In this document: piece after piece, positions 59,439 to 64,000 of the stretch
Layout: every line of letters begins with the position of its first letter
Numbering within the stretch: the first letter of the stretch is position 1
Assembly: GCF_018350175.1 (NCBI RefSeq)
Contig: NC_058369.1
Coordinates: 3,226,001-3,290,000, forward strand
Length of the DNA: 64,000 nucleotides
Reading direction: 5' to 3'
Source: Felis catus
Taxonomy: Eukaryota
Notes under the pieces: generated by a model
Seen by the model: the letters and a program-made list of their open reading frames with translations, nothing else
What the model was told of the DNA's origin: nothing
The model's database searches: none
Made by a program: the position numbers and the translations under genes

Positions 59439-59831
59439 TACAGGAAGATAAATGCGTCCAAATCCTTCTGTGTGAGAAGGGTAGTATATCTGCCCTCAGG
59501 GCAGACCGGGCCGTATACAAGACCGTGGTTTCTGGTTTTTAAAACTCGGTATCTGGTTCCCTGTAGCAGCTTCCCTCCTCCTGTGGGGACAGATAGCAAG
59601 TTTGGTGTTGAGGGGAGTCACGTTAAGGGCAGCAGTGTCGGGGGTGAAAGGATTAGGGGCAGGGGCCAACTGGGGCACCCGAGGACAGGAGTGTTTTCTA
59701 GAGAAATCCCCCCCAGCCCCGCCTCGAGCCCAGCAAGGCTGATACTTGCTGAGCACGTGGAATATTAGAGTACTGATGAGCTGTTGCTCTCCTCACTTCC
59801 TCTGTAAAGACGCCCCCCCCCTCTGTTTCAG

Positions 59832-60700
59832 CTCGCCTGCCCTTCAAGCGCCTGAACCTTGTCCCAAAGGAGAAAAGTGAGGACGCATCGGATGACACGA
59901 GGAGCCCTGAGGGTGCCCCTGCACAAGGCCGAGTCCCTCATCTGGAGACCTCTTTGGACAACTTGGAGAACAGCTGTCATATGGGTTCTGACATAGATTT
60001 TAATCCAAAACTTGTCAATGGGAAGGGTCCCTTAGATAACTTTTTAAGAAGTACAGTCAAAACCAGTATTGACCAGACCACGGTCATCACCGATTTGACG
60101 GAGGACTCGAGTGACCAGCTAGATGGCGTCGCGGCCCTTAGTAAACTAAAGTCTGCTGCCTCTCCCTCCGAGGAGGCCGTGAGTGGGGCCGGAGAAGAAG
60201 CTGGAGGTGAGAGGGGGCTGCCGGAGGCCAGTCTGAAGGACGAGCCGACGTGTCCCGAAGAGACCCTTTCAGACATTCCATGCAAAGCAGAGGAGGAGGG
60301 TGCTGGCTCCAGAGGGGCAGAGAGGAGTGGAGAGGGGCAGGAAGGCTCGCTTCAGAGCTGCCCCGAGCTGACAGGTGGTCTGAGAACATGCTCCGAGAAG
60401 GACCAGGACGGTTGGAGTGAAGCCAGGGGCATCCTGTTCAAAGGGAAGGTGCCCGTGGTGCTCTTGGAGGACATACTGGCTGCAAAACCTCCCCGAACCA
60501 AGTCTCCTCCCACGCCACCTGCAGACCAGGGCTTGCCCTCTGACAGCGAGATGCTGGAGTCCGGCCCCGAGGAAGACTCTGTTCTTAGCCACTCGTCCGG
60601 GGGGTCTTCCTCTCCTACCAGCTCACCCGAGGGGCAGTCTGCTCCCAAAAGGCATCCCAGCAGTCCCGGACCCTTCCCCACCTCCACACCCATCCGCAGA
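59832..60700 (+). CDS. CHAF1A: CHAF1A exon 3 (ARLPFKRLNLVPK...PFPTSTPIRR)
   Basis: TTCAG acceptor, GTAAGT donor, 869 nt; overlaps ORF 59954..60913. Confidence 0.96.
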
Positions 60701-62690
60701 GTAAGTATCTCTGCTCAGTGCCAGTGTGGCAGTGCTGACAGGAGTCGCCTGGGACCGCCGTGTCATCCAGGTGCTTGGTGGCCAAGCAGGTGGGGCCGCA
60801 AACAGATGCGGAATTCTTTCGATATCCAGAACCATCAGGGGTGTTCGGGGGTGGCTCTGTTAGCCCCCAGTGTGTCAAGTGCCGTCTTGGTAGCCGTGGT
60901 TGTTCGCGCCTAACGAATGCTGCTGGTAACTCAGCAGTTTTAGTGACGGAACGGTTGTCAGCAGGCAACCATGAGCCCTCGTGGCAAATGTGAGTTCCCT
61001 CCATTTCTTCTTCCTGTTCCGAGAGCCCCGTAAGGGTCTTGATGGTAAAAAGTCAGTCGGCGTTGGTGGAAAGGCCCCAAGGCCACAGGAAGGATAAACT
61101 GGGGATTCTGTAGGGTCAGCCCTCGTCCGCCTAGCCAGCCATCTGAAACCCTCCCCCAGAGCAGCAAGAACAAAAGAAAAACCTGGCACCGTTTTTCAGG
61201 CCCACAGAAGGATGGCCTCTGAAATGCTTGTTGGTGCCACCGCTTTGCGATGAGCATGATGACGGCTGTGTTCTCATCTGCCCGTAGGGTCTTGTGGTTG
61301 AAACTGGTAATATCGGTCAAGAATCCAGAGGTGTGTTTAACGGTGTTTTGTTTTGGGTTTTTGGGTTTTTTTTTTTTTTTTTGGTTTGTTTTTTGTATTG
61401 GTAGAATTTTTGTTTACTTTAGGTTTTTGTTTTTGTTTTTGTTTGTTTTAAGTAAGCTCTACGTCCAGCGTCCGGAGTCACCCATCCCAAGGAGGCTCTG
61501 TGCTGTGAGCACTATCAGTGCAGAGCCTGACGCGGCGCTTGGGGCTCGATCCCACGAACCGCGAGATCGTGACCTGAGCTAAAATTAACCAACTGAGCCA
61601 CCCAGGTGCTCCCCCTGGCCCCCCCACCGCTGTTTGTTTGTTTTTTTTAATGTAAATTAGATCCTGGTTGGATCATTCAATATCTCCCTGCTTGATTTGA
61701 CCTTGCTCACTTTCTGAAATTTGATCTCTGGAGGAAAAATTATTTTTCTAGACGATTTCATGTCATTTATATCCTGAGAGGTGCAAGAGAGAAAAAGAAA
61801 ATCGCTTTCACTTCAGGCTTTCAAAATACCAAAAGTGGAAGTCTTTTTTTTCTTCTAAGTTTCTAAATGTTGCAGATGGATGTACATTTTCAAACTTCCG
61901 CCTGAGCCATTAACCCGACTCTCAGAATCAGGGCTGAAGTCCCTTTTTGTTGTCAGCCATCTTGTTTGGGTCAGCCAGTCGCTTGAAACCCTTCCATTCT
62001 GCTTCTGCTTTGCAGAAACACTGTCACATGACGTGGTGCAGCCAGTTAGCCTCGAGAACAGGACGTGTGCACGTGTTTCCATTCTTCTTAATCACTTCAT
62101 TTTTTAAGTTTGTTTTTGTTCCCACAGCAAGGCCCGAGAATCGGGAAGTGACATAGTTGGGCCTTGTCGTGAAACAATTCGGTGTCTGTCTGCTGGCCCA
62201 CACAGCACTCCAGACAGCTGAGGGTGCTCAGCTGGGAAGGCCTGCACCTAAGATGCTCGGTCTGACTCTGAAATGCTCTAGAAGGCGGTGTTCTCACACA
62301 GCTTTGCAAATAATCGTACGCTGTGAGTGGCCAAGGTTCAGATGACCCCAGAGCCTGTGGCAGAAAATTGCCCCTGCCACCCACAGGTGGGCTGGTCCAT
62401 CACGAGGGTAGAGGTAGCGCCCCCTGATGGCGGTCGACACCAAAAGGATGAGCAAAATGAGGTGATCATGGGGAGCCTCTGGGCGCCCAGAGGGCCACGC
62501 AGCCTGAGGAAGTGGCTGGAGACAGACCATTTGCAACGACACCCGCAGCCTTGTACTTTATCGCCTTCCCCTTCTGCAGCAGGAGTTTTCATACCACTGT
62601 GACATGTTCGGTTTTATTTGGCTCTATCATTCCTGGAGTCGGTACTGTAAGATTTTTGCATTGGAATCGCTAGGCATTTGCTGGCCCTGT

Positions 62691-62692
<2 letters not shown>

Positions 62693-62732
<40 letters not shown>
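62693..62732. repeat. (TG)20 microsatellite, probably inside a MER5-like relic
   Basis: Perfect TG run; flank GGGCACTTGTTAAAATGCAGATCCTG is MER5A-like. Confidence 0.9.
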
Positions 62733-62737
<5 letters not shown>

Positions 62738-64000
62738 TTCAGGGCACTTGTTAAAATGCAGATCCTGTTGTCTCTTCCCAAGGGAGTCTGATGTAGTCTA
62801 CCCAGAGAGCTTCATTCTGTTGGGGTTTTTGTGTTGTTGTTTTAAGTACTCTCAGGGTTCTAGAGAATCTCACTTTGAAAAAACAGTCATTTATGAACAC
62901 CTATTTTAAGTAATCCAGGGTCAGATTACAAGTCAGAAACTAGCCAAACGGTTGCTATTTAGCAAGAGTGTTTTACCATTTGGGATAGAACCATTTCTCA
63001 AGTTTGTTTGCATTTTAACTGTCATTGATCCTCCTTTACTGGAGATTCAAGATTATCTTTCCATAAATGATGATGTTGATACAGCTGTGTTCCTGGAATC
63101 TTTGCATCTATACAAATGAACCCAGATCGCTGGAACTTTTCCCTGTAGAACTTAAATGACACGAGTATTAAGTTCTTCGTGTTTAAAGAACATAAAGGAA
63201 GCATGCCAGTCCTCTCTGGCCCCCCTGTCTCTCCTGGGAGGCTGTCACTTTACGTTTCTCTGTGTGGTGTATGTGAGGCCTCCCTTGGGAATATACAGTG
63301 TCATTTTGTTTCCTCACCTGAGCCATGTGCTGTAAATATGTTTCTTTTTCATTCTGGGGTGTGAAATCATTGGGCTGGGATGATGTATCTCTTGTTAGCT
63401 GCCATATCTTATACCTCTCGTGTGGACAAACTTTAGCTCACAGATTCATTCTGGTTGGTGGATGGTTCCATTTCTCATTCTCAGCCAAGACAGAACAATG
63501 TGCTTCCTTCTACATGTTTCCTTGGGCTGCTGTGGAGTAGAATTTCGAGGTCCCAGGAATGCACACACTAATTTTTGCCTGCTTGCCCTCGACTATGGCT
63601 GGATCAATTTGGGTTGTATCTCTTCCCTGTGATTGGGTTTTTAGCTACTCCTGCATGCCCACTACTCTGCACCTCGTTCGCTGCTGCTTATGAGCTAAGA
63701 GATGAGGTCTCCTTATGTATAAAATCAGATCAAGCAGCTCTGAGAGGATCCTGCCAAATAAAGTACAAGAATGTTCATGCATCTAGTTAAATCAGTATTG
63801 ACGACGTGGGATAGTTGATGTGTGTATTTCAGCTTCCTTCTGGGATCGTGGATCTTGTTTTTGGCAGCTGAATTCCAAATAGGTAACACATACGGCCTAG
63901 ACTTGGAGAGAGTTCCATGAGCACTTGGGCCGAATATCAGGGAGATAACGTTATATCAGACCAGGAAGGTCCACCTGAGAGCCCAGGGAAGCAATAGATA

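Larger units (their letters stand above)
55698..64000 (+). other. CHAF1A: CHAF1A gene span (chromatin assembly factor 1 p150), 5' part; exon 4 onward not found in the window
   Basis: MLEELECGAPGARGAAA-AMDCKDRPAFPVKKLIQ-ARLPFKRLNLVPK...; PIP box QARLPF and HP1-binding PxVxL (PVVLL, 60452-60466). Confidence 0.96.

Noticed and set aside
63000..64000. AT-richer tail of the window as CHAF1A exon 4, a snoRNA (ATGATGA near 63068) or a retrocopy
   Set aside because: No match to the expected ITKKF... exon, no convincing C/D box pair with terminal stem, and short ORFs unrecognisable.

Overview
This is mammalian genomic DNA, very GC/CpG-rich. It is most likely from a felid or feliform carnivore, judged by many Can-SINE/SINEC_Fc-type insertions. 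Four known, syntenic protein-coding genes were rebuilt by hand from GT-AG splice sites and reading-frame phase. STAP2 (- strand) has ATG at 7363 and 12 exons visible, with the 3' end running off the left edge. MPND (+) has 13 coding exons at 13567-21779 (503 aa; RAMA + JAMM domains). SH3GL1/endophilin A2 (-) has 10 exons at 53008-23373 (368 aa) and a 25.6 kb first intron. CHAF1A (+) shows coding exons 1-3 at 55698-60700, with the rest off the right edge. STAP2/MPND and SH3GL1/CHAF1A are head-to-head; MPND/SH3GL1 are tail-to-tail. The remainder is introns, CpG islands, SINEs, L1, MLT1 LTRs, DNA-transposon relics (MER20, MER82, Tigger1) and microsatellites. I found no evidence of a new multi-gene system. 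The best leads are apparent lineage-specific changes in short functional motifs (STAP2 YXXQ, CHAF1A SIM) and several candidate regulatory structures. Gene identities, human comparisons and repeat family names come from my recollection of those sequences, not from database searches.
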